Assembly (NCBI GenBank): GCA_938016355.1
Contig: CALLWO010000001.1
Span: 1-59,096, forward strand
DNA from: an uncultured Boseongicola sp.
Lineage (GTDB): Bacteria > Pseudomonadota > Alphaproteobacteria > Rhodobacterales > Rhodobacteraceae
Reading direction: 5' to 3'
Length of the DNA stretch: 59,096 nucleotides
Notes under the pieces: model-generated
Told to the model about the DNA's origin: nothing
The model's input: only the letters and a program-made list of their open reading frames with translations
The model's database searches: none
Position numbers and translations under genes: made by a program
Shown here: piece after piece, positions 37,474-49,100 of the stretch
Layout of the letters: every line of letters begins with the position of its first letter
Position numbering within the stretch: the stretch's first letter is position 1

Positions 37474-37737
37474 ATGGCGAATTCGCCTCAAGCAAAGAAA
37501 CGTGCCCGCCAGAACGCGCGCCGTTTGGACGTAAACAAAGCCCGCCGCTCACGCATCCGCACATATCTCCGCAAGGTTGAAGAAGCGATTGCATCTGGCG
37601 ACAAAGACGCAGCCGTTGCGGCATTGCGCGAAGCTCAGCCAGAGCTGATGCGCGGCGTCACCAAAGGCGTCTTCCACAAAAACACAGCGTCCCGCAAAGT
37701 CTCGCGCCTGTCGGCACGTGTGAAAGCCATCGGCTGA
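37474..37737 (+). CDS. rpsT: 30S ribosomal protein S20
   Basis: [39 protein letters not shown]. The ATG at 37474 is preceded by a GAAGGGAAAAG RBS. The track ORF starts at a GTG at 37444. Confidence 0.95.
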   Translation: MANSPQAKKRARQNARRLDVNKARRSRIRTYLRKVEEAIASGDKDAAVAALREAQPELMRGVTKGVFHKNTASRKVSRLSARVKAIG

Positions 37738-37764
37738 TCCGAAAAGGAATCGGTTGGTTTGAAA

Positions 37765-37789
37765 AGCGCGCCTCCTGGCGCGTTTTTTT
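37765..37789 (+). terminator. Rho-independent terminator after rpsT
   Basis: GCGCGCC-TCCT-GGCGCG(T) stem followed by a T7 run, 28 nt after the rpsT stop. Confidence 0.7.
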
Positions 37790-37954
37790 GTGCTTAATGC
37801 GGTCCCGTTTTTTGATCGGGCGGGCATTTCTGCAACCGCCCTGAGATTCTTTTTCAGACTTTTCAGAGTCAAGACCAAAGGTCTGTTGCGAGAGCGATGA
37901 ACCAACGGCTAGCTTACGAATGCGATTCACATCGTCCTTGGGGGGACATGGTCA

Positions 37955-38404
37955 ATGGTCAGAGGCTCTGGCCCGCGCATCGGAGAAGTTTCTCCTGATG
38001 AAGCGTGGCAGATATTGGAGGATTCGTCCTCTGCTCGGTTAATTGACGTCAGAACGCGCGCCGAGTGGGGATTTGTCGGTGTGCCTGATTTGAAGGGAGT
38101 TGGTCTGGCTCCGATTAACGTCGAGTGGGCCAGCTTTCCTGATATGTCCTTAAACCCGCGCTTTGTGGCGGAGGTTTTAGAAGCAATCGGCGGGGACACG
38201 CCTGATAACCTTCTATTTCTATGCCGCTCTGGCGTGCGATCCTTAAAGGCTGCCAGTGCCGTCGCAGAGCATTTCGAAACGCACGAAATGTCTGTGACCT
38301 GTCTGAATGTAGCCGAAGGTTTCGAGGGCGATCTGGATCCAATGGGACACCGGGGCGGCCACAATGGTTGGAAGGCTCGGGGGCTGGCTTGGCGCCAGTC
38401 TTAA
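37955..38404 (+). CDS. Single-domain rhodanese-like sulfurtransferase
   Basis: LIDVRTRAEW...LLFLCRSGVRSLKAA has an active-site CRSGxRS loop. Confidence 0.8.
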   Translation: MVRGSGPRIGEVSPDEAWQILEDSSSARLIDVRTRAEWGFVGVPDLKGVGLAPINVEWASFPDMSLNPRFVAEVLEAIGGDTPDNLLFLCRSGVRSLKAASAVAEHFETHEMSVTCLNVAEGFEGDLDPMGHRGGHNGWKARGLAWRQS

Positions 38405-38437
38405 ACAAAAACAACGAGCACGACGGGTCATAGGCAC

Positions 38438-39793
38438 ATGAACGACGCAACATGGGGAACCATTCGCGAAGAACTTCTCAAGACGGTTGGCAAGAACAAT
38501 TACGCAAACTGGATTGAACCATTGGAATTTTCCGAGATCGAAAACGGCGTCGCGACATTCCTGGTCCCGACTCAGTTCATGGGCAATTGGGTATCGCGTA
38601 ATTTCGGCGACAAGATCCTGAACGAGATCCAAAGTGCGGGCAACAAAGTCTCCCGCGTCGCGTTCTCCGTTCCGCCTATGCCGAAATCGGGAAAGCCAAA
38701 ACCCGCGAAACCTGCGCCACGCGTGAAATCAAAGCTGCCCGACCTCGATGATATGCCCGGCGCTCCGCTCGACAAACGTTTCACCTTTGACGCCTTCGTC
38801 GTCGGCAAGCCGAATGAACTGGCGCATGCCGCAGCGCGTCGTGTCGGCGAGGGCGGCCCAGTTACTTTCAACCCATTGTTCCTTTATGGCGGCGTCGGAC
38901 TTGGCAAAACCCACCTGATGCACGCCATCGCCTGGGAACTTCAGAAAAGCGATCCAGGCCTGCGCATCGTTTTCCTGTCGGCCGAACAATTCATGTACCG
39001 CTTCGTGCAGGCCCTGCGCGACAAAGACATGATCGCGTTCAAACAGCTGTTCCGTTCGGTCGATGTTCTGATGATCGACGACGTGCAATTCATCGCGGGC
39101 AAGGACGCCACGCAAGAAGAATTCTTCCATACATTCAATGCCTTGGTGGATCAGAACAAGCAAATCATCGTTTCGTCCGACCGCGCGCCGACCGAAATTG
39201 ACGGCATCGAAGACCGCATCGTCAGCCGCCTGCAATCTGGCCTTGTCGTTGATCTCCACCCAACCAACTACGAATTGCGCCTCGGCATCCTGCAACAGAA
39301 GGTCGAACAGCACGCCGAGAAATTCCCGAACCTCGTCATCGCAGATGGCGTGTTGGAATTCCTCGCCCACCGCATCTCAACCAACGTCCGCGTCCTCGAA
39401 GGCGCGATGATGCGCCTGTTCGCGTTCGGTGCGCTTGTCGGCCGCGAGGTTACGCTCGAACTTGCTCAGGATTGCCTTGCCGACATCATCCGCTCCACCG
39501 ACCGCAAAATCACGGTCGAGGAAATCCAGCGCAAAGTCAGCGACCATTACAACATCCGCCTCTCAGACCTCATCGGCCCCAAGCGCGTGCGCACCTTTGC
39601 GCGCCCGCGTCAGGTCGCGATGTATCTTTCGAAAACCTTGACCTCGCGCTCGCTGCCCGAGATCGGTCGCCGCTTTGGCGGACGCGATCACACCACGGTC
39701 ATGCACGGCGTGCGCCGGATCGAAGAGCTCAAGCAGAAAGACAGCCAGATCGCCGATGATCTGGAACTTCTGCGCCGCTCGCTCGAAGGGTAA
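38438..39793 (+). CDS. dnaA: Chromosomal replication initiator DnaA
   Basis: N-terminal W..I...L......NYANWIEPLEF, AAA+ Walker A GGVGLGKTHLMHAI, C-terminal DNA-binding domain (RPRQVAMYLSKTLTSRSLPEIGRRFGGRDHTTVMHG). Confidence 0.97.
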   Translation: MNDATWGTIREELLKTVGKNNYANWIEPLEFSEIENGVATFLVPTQFMGNWVSRNFGDKILNEIQSAGNKVSRVAFSVPPMPKSGKPKPAKPAPRVKSKLPDLDDMPGAPLDKRFTFDAFVVGKPNELAHAAARRVGEGGPVTFNPLFLYGGVGLGKTHLMHAIAWELQKSDPGLRIVFLSAEQFMYRFVQALRDKDMIAFKQLFRSVDVLMIDDVQFIAGKDATQEEFFHTFNALVDQNKQIIVSSDRAPTEIDGIEDRIVSRLQSGLVVDLHPTNYELRLGILQQKVEQHAEKFPNLVIADGVLEFLAHRISTNVRVLEGAMMRLFAFGALVGREVTLELAQDCLADIIRSTDRKITVEEIQRKVSDHYNIRLSDLIGPKRVRTFARPRQVAMYLSKTLTSRSLPEIGRRFGGRDHTTVMHGVRRIEELKQKDSQIADDLELLRRSLEG

Positions 39794-39818
39794 TCCTTCT
39801 AAAATTCGCCTTCAAAGA

Positions 39819-39837
39819 CCTGCCCAATCCGGGCAGG
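39819..39837 (+). terminator. Hairpin after dnaA (7-bp perfect stem, no U tract)
   Basis: CCTGCCC-AATCC-GGGCAGG lies 26 nt after the dnaA stop, but no T run follows. Confidence 0.25.
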
Positions 39838-39938
39838 CCTTGACGATGTGCGCGCATACTTTCAAAGTCCGCAAAACCATTTGCGCACAGGCGGAAAACC
39901 TATAAATTGACCGTCCCTGCAGTAACGGAGCGTGGGCC

Positions 39939-41057
39939 ATGAAATTCTCGATCGAGCGCAGCGAATTGCTAAAGGCCGTGGGCCAGGCGCAGTCGGTTGT
40001 CGAACGCCGCAACACGATCCCGATCCTTGCCAATGTCCTGATGGAAGCCGACGGCGATCAGGTCAGTTTCCGCGCCACGGATCTCGACATCGAAGTCGTC
40101 GACACGGCGCCTGCAAAAGTGGAACGCGCCGGCGCGACAACAGTAAGCGCCGTCACCCTCCATGAGATCGTGCGCAAGTTGCCGGACGGCGCGCTTGTAA
40201 CGCTTACGGATGATGGTGCCGCGGGTCGGCTGACGGTCGAAGCCGGTCGGTCAAACTTCTCGCTTGCCACGCTGCCACGCGAAGATTTCCCGGTCATGGC
40301 GTCCTCTGAATACGAGGCGAATTTTGTCGCCTCCGCCCCGACATTGCGCCGGCTGTTCGATAAATCGAAATTTGCGATTTCTACCGAAGAAACAAGGTAT
40401 TACCTGAACGGCGTCTATATGCACGTGGCCGATTCAAACGGCGCGCAAGTGCTGCGGTGCGTGGCGACCGATGGCCACCGTCTGGCCCGGATCGACGCCG
40501 AATTGCCAGAAGGTGCCGAAAGCGTTCCGGGCGTGATCGTGCCGCGCAAAACTGTTGGCGAATTGCGCAAATTGCTTGATGACGACGAAACAGAAATTGC
40601 CGTAAGCGTCAGCGAAACCAAGGTGCGCTTTGCCGCGCCCGGCATCACACTGACGTCCAAAGTGATCGACGGAACCTTCCCCGATTACACCCGCGTCATT
40701 CCCGGCGGCAACACCCGTCGGCTCGAAGTCGACGCCGCAGAGTTCGCCAAGGCCGTTGATCGCGTAGCAACCGTATCGTCGGAACGCTCGCGCGCCGTAA
40801 AACTATCGCTCGACGAAGATCGTTTGGTCCTCTCTGTGAACGCACCCGAAAGTGGCGCGGCCGAAGAAGAACTCGCCGTCGCCTACGCCGACGAGGCGCT
40901 GGAAATTGGGTTCAACGCCAAGTACTTGCTCGAAATCGCAAGCCAGGTTGATCGCGAAAACGCGGTGTTCCTTTTCAATTCGTCCGGCGATCCGACCTTG
41001 ATGCGCGAAGGCAATGACGAGACGGCTGTCTACGTTGTGATGCCGATGCGCGTCTGA
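39939..41057 (+). CDS. dnaN: DNA polymerase III beta sliding clamp DnaN
   Basis: MKFSIERSELLKAVGQAQSVVERRNTIPILANVLMEA; 372 aa; dnaA-dnaN-recF synteny. Confidence 0.97.
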   Translation: MKFSIERSELLKAVGQAQSVVERRNTIPILANVLMEADGDQVSFRATDLDIEVVDTAPAKVERAGATTVSAVTLHEIVRKLPDGALVTLTDDGAAGRLTVEAGRSNFSLATLPREDFPVMASSEYEANFVASAPTLRRLFDKSKFAISTEETRYYLNGVYMHVADSNGAQVLRCVATDGHRLARIDAELPEGAESVPGVIVPRKTVGELRKLLDDDETEIAVSVSETKVRFAAPGITLTSKVIDGTFPDYTRVIPGGNTRRLEVDAAEFAKAVDRVATVSSERSRAVKLSLDEDRLVLSVNAPESGAAEEELAVAYADEALEIGFNAKYLLEIASQVDRENAVFLFNSSGDPTLMREGNDETAVYVVMPMRV

Positions 41058-41073
41058 TGGCTCGGGGCCGCGC

Positions 41074-42174
41074 ATGGCCGGGCTCTCAGTCACCTCCCTG
41101 ACGCTTTCACACTTCCGCTCACACCATGTGACGCGGCTTTCGCTCGACGGGCGCCCGGTTGCAATTCACGGTGCGAACGGTGCTGGCAAGACCAACATTC
41201 TCGAAGCCGTGTCGCTGCTGTCGCCGGGTCGCGGTCTCAGACGCGCGCAAGCCGACGAACTTATCCGCCGCCCCGAAGCGCTCGGCTGGAAGATCTCGGC
41301 CCTTTTGAATGCGCAGGACAAACTCCACGAGATCGAAACCACCGCCGAACCTGGTCAGTCTCGCAGCGTGCGCATCGATGGCAAAGCGGGTCCTCAGGTC
41401 GCTCTCAGCCGGATCGCGCGGGTTGTGTGGCTCGTGCCCGCAATGGACCGTCTTTGGATCGAAGGCGCGGATGGTCGACGTCGGTTTCTTGACCGCATCG
41501 CCATGAGTTTCGAACCCGCCCATGCCGAAGCCGTTCTGACCTATGAAAAGTCCATGCGCGAGCGCAATCGCCTTCTCAAAGACATGGTTCGCGATGCACA
41601 TTGGTACACGGTCCTTGAGCGCAACATGGCCGAAGCGACCGCGCGCATTATGCAGGCGCGCCGCGCCGCGCTCTATCGGTTGGAGCTTGCCCAGAAGGGC
41701 GCAGAAACCGCATTTCCCGTCGCGGATCTCTCGCTGTCCCATCCCGACCGCGCGCTTCCCGAAAACACAGATGATTTGATCGAGGCGTTTTCTGATAACC
41801 GTTCCAATGACTTACGCGCTGGCCGCACACTTATTGGCCCGCACCGCATTGACCTCTCTGCCATCTACACCGCCAAAGGCGTGTCGGCGGCGCAATGCTC
41901 CACGGGCGAACAAAAGGCGCTTCTGATCTCACTCGTCCTGACCAACGCGCGCGCCCTTGCGGAAGACACCGGCGCCCCGCCATTGATCCTGCTGGACGAA
42001 GTCGCTGCCCATCTCGACGCCGACCGACGCGCCGCGCTCTATGACGAAATCTGCGCTCTCGGCGCGCAAGCTTGGATGACCGGCACTGGCCCCGAGCTTT
42101 TCGACGATCTCCAAGGCCGCGCCCAACACCTTGCCGTCACCGAAGCGGACGGCACCAGCGAGGTCGCAGGGTGA
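41074..42174 (+). CDS. recF: DNA replication and repair protein RecF
   Basis: Walker A GANGAGKTNILEA, signature STGEQKALLISLVL, Walker B ILLDEVAAHLD. Confidence 0.95.
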   Translation: MAGLSVTSLTLSHFRSHHVTRLSLDGRPVAIHGANGAGKTNILEAVSLLSPGRGLRRAQADELIRRPEALGWKISALLNAQDKLHEIETTAEPGQSRSVRIDGKAGPQVALSRIARVVWLVPAMDRLWIEGADGRRRFLDRIAMSFEPAHAEAVLTYEKSMRERNRLLKDMVRDAHWYTVLERNMAEATARIMQARRAALYRLELAQKGAETAFPVADLSLSHPDRALPENTDDLIEAFSDNRSNDLRAGRTLIGPHRIDLSAIYTAKGVSAAQCSTGEQKALLISLVLTNARALAEDTGAPPLILLDEVAAHLDADRRAALYDEICALGAQAWMTGTGPELFDDLQGRAQHLAVTEADGTSEVAG

Positions 42175-42791
42175 CCATCTCGGCCATTGATGCCGCGCTC
42201 TATGCGGGTGCGCTTTTCATCCTCTTTCTTACCCCCGGGCCCGTCTGGGTCGCCATTACAGCGCGCACCCTGTCCGGTGGCTTTCGCGCCGCATGGCCCC
42301 TCGCACTCGGCGTCGTCGTTGGCGACATCATCTGGCCGCTTATCGCGATCCTTGGCGTAAGCTGGATCGTCGGCACCTACGCGGGCTTCATGATCATCCT
42401 GAAATGGGTAGCCGCCGGCATGTTCCTTGTCATGGGCGCGCTCTTGTTCCGAAACGCTGACAAATCCATCGCGGGCGACAACCGCCTGACACGGCCCGGC
42501 ATGTGGGCAGGCTTTGTCGCGGGCGTTATCGTGATCCTCTCCAACCCCAAAGCCGTGGTCTTCTATATGGGCGTCCTGCCCGGTTTCTTCGATCTGCGCG
42601 CGCTCGCATGGCTCGACATCGCTACCATTTGCGTCCTCTCACTCATCGTACCACTTATCGGGAACCTCGGATTGGCGCTTTTCGTCGACCGCGCGCGCCG
42701 TCTTTTGACCTCTCCCAAAGCGCTGCGGCGCACCAATATCGTCTCCGGCATCCTCCTGATCTGCGTCGGTTTGGTGATCCCGCTAACCTGA
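42171..42791 (+). CDS. LysE/RhtB-family amino-acid exporter
   Basis: GALFILFLTPGPVWVAITART is the typical LysE N-terminus; about 6 TM segments. I prefer the GTG at 42171, which forms a GTGA overlap with the recF stop. The track ORF (42072) overlaps recF. Confidence 0.85.
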   Translation: MTISAIDAALYAGALFILFLTPGPVWVAITARTLSGGFRAAWPLALGVVVGDIIWPLIAILGVSWIVGTYAGFMIILKWVAAGMFLVMGALLFRNADKSIAGDNRLTRPGMWAGFVAGVIVILSNPKAVVFYMGVLPGFFDLRALAWLDIATICVLSLIVPLIGNLGLALFVDRARRLLTSPKALRRTNIVSGILLICVGLVIPLT

Positions 42792-42858
42792 CGAAACCGG
42801 GCCCAGCAGCGCCCTACGCACAGAACCGCCGCTAACCACTAAATATTGTGGCTGAGGC

Positions 42859-45333
<2,475 letters not shown>

Positions 45334-45372
45334 TGATTGGCAGGGCGCGCGCAATGTTTGCGTGCGTCTTGC

Positions 45373-46290
45373 CTACATTTCTTTGAGGCCTTCGCGGAAA
45401 TGCGTTTCGCCGCGTGCTTTTGCCAGTTCAATCTGCTTTTGTCGCTCGCGAAACCGGGTGCGATCTTCATCGGAATGCTCGTCAATGCATCGCGCGCAGG
45501 ATACGCCTTGCTCGAAATTCTTGTCTTGCTTATCCGCATCCGAAATCGGGCGGCGACAGGCGTGGCAGAGTTCGTAATCCCCTTGAACAAGTCCATGCCC
45601 CACCGAAACGCGGGCATCAAAAACAAAGCACTCGCCGTTCCAACGGCTGTCCTTTTCGTCGACCTTCTCAAGGTACTTCAGAATGCCACCTTTCAGGTGA
45701 AAGACGTCTTCGACGCCCTGTCCGACGAGATAGTTGGTCGACTTTTCGCAGCGAATTCCCCCGGTGCAAAACATTGCGACCTTTTTACCTTCGAACTTCG
45801 ATGCGTTTTTGGCCCACCATTCCGGGAACTCACCAAAGCTTTTGGTCTGCGGATCAACAGCGCCTGCAAAAGTGCCGATCTCAACCTCATAGTCATTCCG
45901 GGTATCGATCACGACGACATCGTTTCTGGTGATCAGATCGTTCCAGTCTTCGGCTTCGACATAGGTGCCCACAGCCGCCGTCGGGTCCACATCCGGCTGG
46001 CCCATCGTCACGATCTCGCGTTTGATGCGCACCTTCATACGTGGAAACGGCATCTCGACCGCGGTGCTTTCTTTCCATTCGATGTCAGAGCATCCCGGCA
46101 GCGCGCGGATGTGCGCGAGCACCGCGTCAATGCCGTCGCGTGGGCCTGCGATGGTGCCGTTGATACCTTCGCGGGCGAGCAAAAGCGTGCCTTTGACCCC
46201 CATTGATTTGCACAAAGCATCGAGCGGACCTTTGAGGTCCTCGGGCGCTTCAAATGGCGTAAATTTATAAAGGGCGGCAACGACGTACAT
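45373..46290 (-). CDS. trhO: Rhodanese-domain protein of the UPF0176/YceA (TrhO, tRNA U34 hydroxylase) family
   Basis: MYVVAALYKFTPF...LLAREGINGTIAG..., rhodanese active site FCTGGIRCEKS, Cys-rich C-terminal tail. Confidence 0.8.
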   Translation of the reverse strand: MYVVAALYKFTPFEAPEDLKGPLDALCKSMGVKGTLLLAREGINGTIAGPRDGIDAVLAHIRALPGCSDIEWKESTAVEMPFPRMKVRIKREIVTMGQPDVDPTAAVGTYVEAEDWNDLITRNDVVVIDTRNDYEVEIGTFAGAVDPQTKSFGEFPEWWAKNASKFEGKKVAMFCTGGIRCEKSTNYLVGQGVEDVFHLKGGILKYLEKVDEKDSRWNGECFVFDARVSVGHGLVQGDYELCHACRRPISDADKQDKNFEQGVSCARCIDEHSDEDRTRFRERQKQIELAKARGETHFREGLKEM

Positions 46291-46390
46291 GGGCGCGGAT
46301 TAGGCGATTTCGCTCGCGCACTCAACCCCGCCGGTTGACGCGCCCGGGCGCGCATCCTAGGCAATGTTCAGAATTTCAGGAGTATGCCCC

Positions 46391-46996
46391 ATGCGCCCAT
46401 CAAACGAAGCCATTCTGGTCATCGACGTGCAAAACGACTTTTGTCCCGGAGGCGCATTGGCGGTTGAGGGTGGTGATCAGATTGTGGGTCCGATCAATGC
46501 GCTGGTCCCTGAATTTGCGGTGCGGGTCTTCACCCAGGACTGGCATCCGGTTGATCATTCCAGCTTCGCCTCGCAGCACGAAGGCTACGACGCGTTCTCG
46601 ATGATCGAGATGCCCTATGGCCCGCAGGTGCTTTGGCCGGATCATTGCCGGATTGGCTCGGAAGGGGCCGCGTTTCACCGGGTCCTCGATGTGCGGGCGG
46701 CGGATATGATCATCCGCAAAGGGTTTCGCCGCGAAATCGACAGCTATTCGGCATTCTTTGAGAATGATCACGAAACACCGACGGGGCTTGAAGGTTATTT
46801 GCGCACGCGCGGGGTTGATACGATCACGATGGTCGGGCTGGCCACAGATTTCTGCGTGAATTTCTCTGCCGTGGACGCCGCGAAACTGGGCTTCAAGGTT
46901 TCTGTTGTGGAAAGCCTTTGCCGGGCCATTGATCTGGACGGATCGCTTGCGGCTGCAAGAACTGGCATGTCCGATGCAGGCGTGAAACTCGTCTAA
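46391..46996 (+). CDS. pncA: Nicotinamidase/pyrazinamidase PncA (isochorismatase fold)
   Basis: ILVIDVQNDFCPGGALAV, WPDHC, GLATDFCV (catalytic Cys). The ATG at 46391 is preceded by an AGGAG RBS. Confidence 0.88.
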   Translation: MRPSNEAILVIDVQNDFCPGGALAVEGGDQIVGPINALVPEFAVRVFTQDWHPVDHSSFASQHEGYDAFSMIEMPYGPQVLWPDHCRIGSEGAAFHRVLDVRAADMIIRKGFRREIDSYSAFFENDHETPTGLEGYLRTRGVDTITMVGLATDFCVNFSAVDAAKLGFKVSVVESLCRAIDLDGSLAAARTGMSDAGVKLV

Positions 46997-47056
46997 AGCG
47001 ATGGCGCGCCAGCCGACATTCAAAGCCGCACTTCTTAACAATAGGCGTGGATCAGA

Positions 47057-47074
47057 GGTTTCGCGCGCGAAACC
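47057..47074. repeat. Perfect 18-bp palindrome between the convergent pncA and SulP genes (possible bidirectional stem-loop)
   Basis: GGTTTCGCG|CGCGAAACC; no flanking T or A runs. Confidence 0.5.
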
Positions 47075-47141
47075 CTATCTGTAAGGGCTTGAAAAGGCCG
47101 ACCGTCACGGTGCCGTAAACGACCCCTAAGTGCCGCGCGCG

Positions 47142-48755
47142 TTAATGACTGCCAGCGAGGATGCCGGTGCGCACGGAATAATCTGTCGCAATTTCATAGT
47201 CGGGATCGTCGTCGCTATCCACGATCAGTTGGCCTGCCTTGGTGAGTAGCTGGTGACAATCTTTTGAGAGATGGCGAAGCTGAAGCGACTTTCCGGCGGC
47301 TTCGTATTTCTCGGCCACGGCCTCGATTGCCGTGAGAGCAGATTGATCCACAACGCGGCTGTCTGCGAAATCAACAATCACGACAGAAGGATCGTTCTGA
47401 GGCTCAAACAGTTCAGAGAACCCTTCGCTTGAGCCAAAAAACAACGGTCCCTGAATTTGATAAACCCGCGCGCCTTCGGGCGTGTCGTAGCGCTTGGCGT
47501 GAATGCGCGTGGCGTTGTTCCAGGCATAGGTGAGGGCCGAAACGATGACGCCCACGACCACGGCTGTCGCCAGATCGTACATGACCGTCACAACGGTAAC
47601 GAGCACGATCACAGCCGAATCCGACAGCGGCACGCGGCGCATGATGTTGAACGAATTCCATGCAAACGTCCCGATCACGACCATGAACATCACGCCCACA
47701 AGGGCCGCGAGCGGAATCTGTTCGATAAGCGGGGACGCAACCACGATAAACGCCAACAGGAAAAGCGCCGCCGAAATGCCGGAAACCCGCGTACGACCAC
47801 CCGATTTCACGTTGATCATCGACTGACCGATCATCGCGCAACCGCCCATGCCGCCAAAGAAGCCGGTCACGGTATTGGCGGCGCCCTGGGCGATGCATTC
47901 TTTGCTTGCGCCGCCGCGTTCGCCGGTGATTTCCCCGACAAGGTTCAAAGTCAGTAGGCTTTCAATCAGACCAATGGCCGACAGGATCAGCGCATAGGGG
48001 AGGATGATTTCCAGCGTTTCAAAAGTGAGCGGCACCATCGGTACGTGGAACATGGGCAGGCCGCCTTCGATAGAGGCAAGATCGCCAACGCGCGGCACAT
48101 CAAGCCCGAAAACGATGACGATGATCGCGACAATTGCGATCCCGGCGAGCGGTGCGGGCACCTTGTTGGTGATCTTTGGCATGATCCAGATAATGCCCAT
48201 CGTCGCGACGACGAGGATCAGCATCAGCGAGAGAGGCCAACCGGTCATCCATTCCCCGCCGCTCATCCCGTGGCCGGAAACCTCTGCCGTGCCGGGCACC
48301 TGAAATTGCGTCATTTGTGCAAGGAAAATCACAATCGCCAGTCCGTTGACGAAGCCGAGCATCACCGGATGAGGCACAAGTCGGATGAATTTCCCCCATT
48401 TCAGCACGCCGACGGCGATTTGAATGAGGCCCATCAAAACGACCGTCGCAAACAGGTATTCAACGCCATGGGTGGCGACAAGCGAGACCATGACAACCGC
48501 CAAAGCGCCGGTTGCGCCCGAGATCATGCCCGGTCGACCGCCGAAAATTGCAGTGATCAGGCCGACGATGAACGCGGCATAAAGGCCAACAAGCGGATGC
48601 ACACCGGCAACAAAGGCGAATGCCACCGCTTCCGGCACAAGGGCAAGCGCCACTGTCAGCCCGGCAAGCAATTCTGTCGGCAGGTGGCCGGTCTTTGCAT
48701 TGCGGACACGACCCTTGAGGTCGGAAAATATCGATCGGCGGGCCAGATTGGCCAT
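47142..48755 (-). CDS. SulP-family anion (sulfate) permease with a C-terminal STAS domain
   Basis: TELLAGLTVALALVPEAVAFAFVAG and a polytopic core. The C-terminal YQIQGPLFFGSSEGF...VVIVDFADSRVVDQSALTAIE is STAS-like. I prefer the ATG at 48755 (MANLARRSIF). The upstream 61-aa extension looks non-native. Confidence 0.9.
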   Translation of the reverse strand: MANLARRSIFSDLKGRVRNAKTGHLPTELLAGLTVALALVPEAVAFAFVAGVHPLVGLYAAFIVGLITAIFGGRPGMISGATGALAVVMVSLVATHGVEYLFATVVLMGLIQIAVGVLKWGKFIRLVPHPVMLGFVNGLAIVIFLAQMTQFQVPGTAEVSGHGMSGGEWMTGWPLSLMLILVVATMGIIWIMPKITNKVPAPLAGIAIVAIIVIVFGLDVPRVGDLASIEGGLPMFHVPMVPLTFETLEIILPYALILSAIGLIESLLTLNLVGEITGERGGASKECIAQGAANTVTGFFGGMGGCAMIGQSMINVKSGGRTRVSGISAALFLLAFIVVASPLIEQIPLAALVGVMFMVVIGTFAWNSFNIMRRVPLSDSAVIVLVTVVTVMYDLATAVVVGVIVSALTYAWNNATRIHAKRYDTPEGARVYQIQGPLFFGSSEGFSELFEPQNDPSVVIVDFADSRVVDQSALTAIEAVAEKYEAAGKSLQLRHLSKDCHQLLTKAGQLIVDSDDDPDYEIATDYSVRTGILAGSH

Positions 48756-48894
48756 CTCAAGCTTAGTCAAAGTTTGTTCCGGAGTTTTTCGCGTTTTCAC
48801 GGGCTCTCTAACACATGGACCGAGGGATGCACGGTCTATCTGAGCATACCAGCATTGCGAAAGCGTTGATGCCAAATGGGCAACGGTCGCGTTT

Positions 48895-49100
48895 TCAGCG
48901 CTGGGGACCGTTGCCGTATTCGAGCCAGTGTCGCGCATTTTCGTCCGGCAAAAGGTCAGTCAGCCGCGATTGATAGAGCGCATAATCGGCGTCCGACAAT
49001 TCAGCGCGCCATTTTTCGGTGCCGCCGGTGCCAAAGAAGAGGCTGTCCGGGCCCCGGTTTGGCCTTGGATATAACGCGCCTTTAGGCGTTCTTCTCGGCG
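48895..49100 (-). pseudogene. Possible relic of a sulfotransferase-like gene (C-terminal ~65 codons, no start codon)
   Basis: The minus-strand frame reads ...GPDSLFFGTGGTEKWRAELSDADYALYQSRLTDLLPDENARHWLEYGNGPQR*, with GC-rich third codon positions. The FF.xG..G.WR.ELS shape resembles sulfotransferase C-termini. The upstream part is occupied by the pepF 3' end. Confidence 0.3.

Noticed and set aside
37668-37676. A DnaA-box-like 9-mer TCTTCCACA (7/9) inside rpsT, and a similar one near 14275.
   Set aside because: These are single, imperfect matches inside coding sequence. They are not clustered and give no evidence of an origin.
39840-39868. TTGACG-N17-CAAAGT as a dnaN promoter.
   Set aside because: The -35 is good, but the -10 matches only 3/6. 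The support is insufficient.
45337-46206. A 289-aa plus-strand ORF opposite the trhO-like gene.
   Set aside because: It is a shadow frame. The minus-strand product has clear UPF0176/rhodanese motifs, and the plus-strand product has none.
48756-48938. The N-terminal 61-aa extension of the SulP ORF.
   Set aside because: The extension has no membrane or SulP-like character and overlaps the sulfotransferase-like relic. The conserved SulP N-terminus begins after the Met at 48755.
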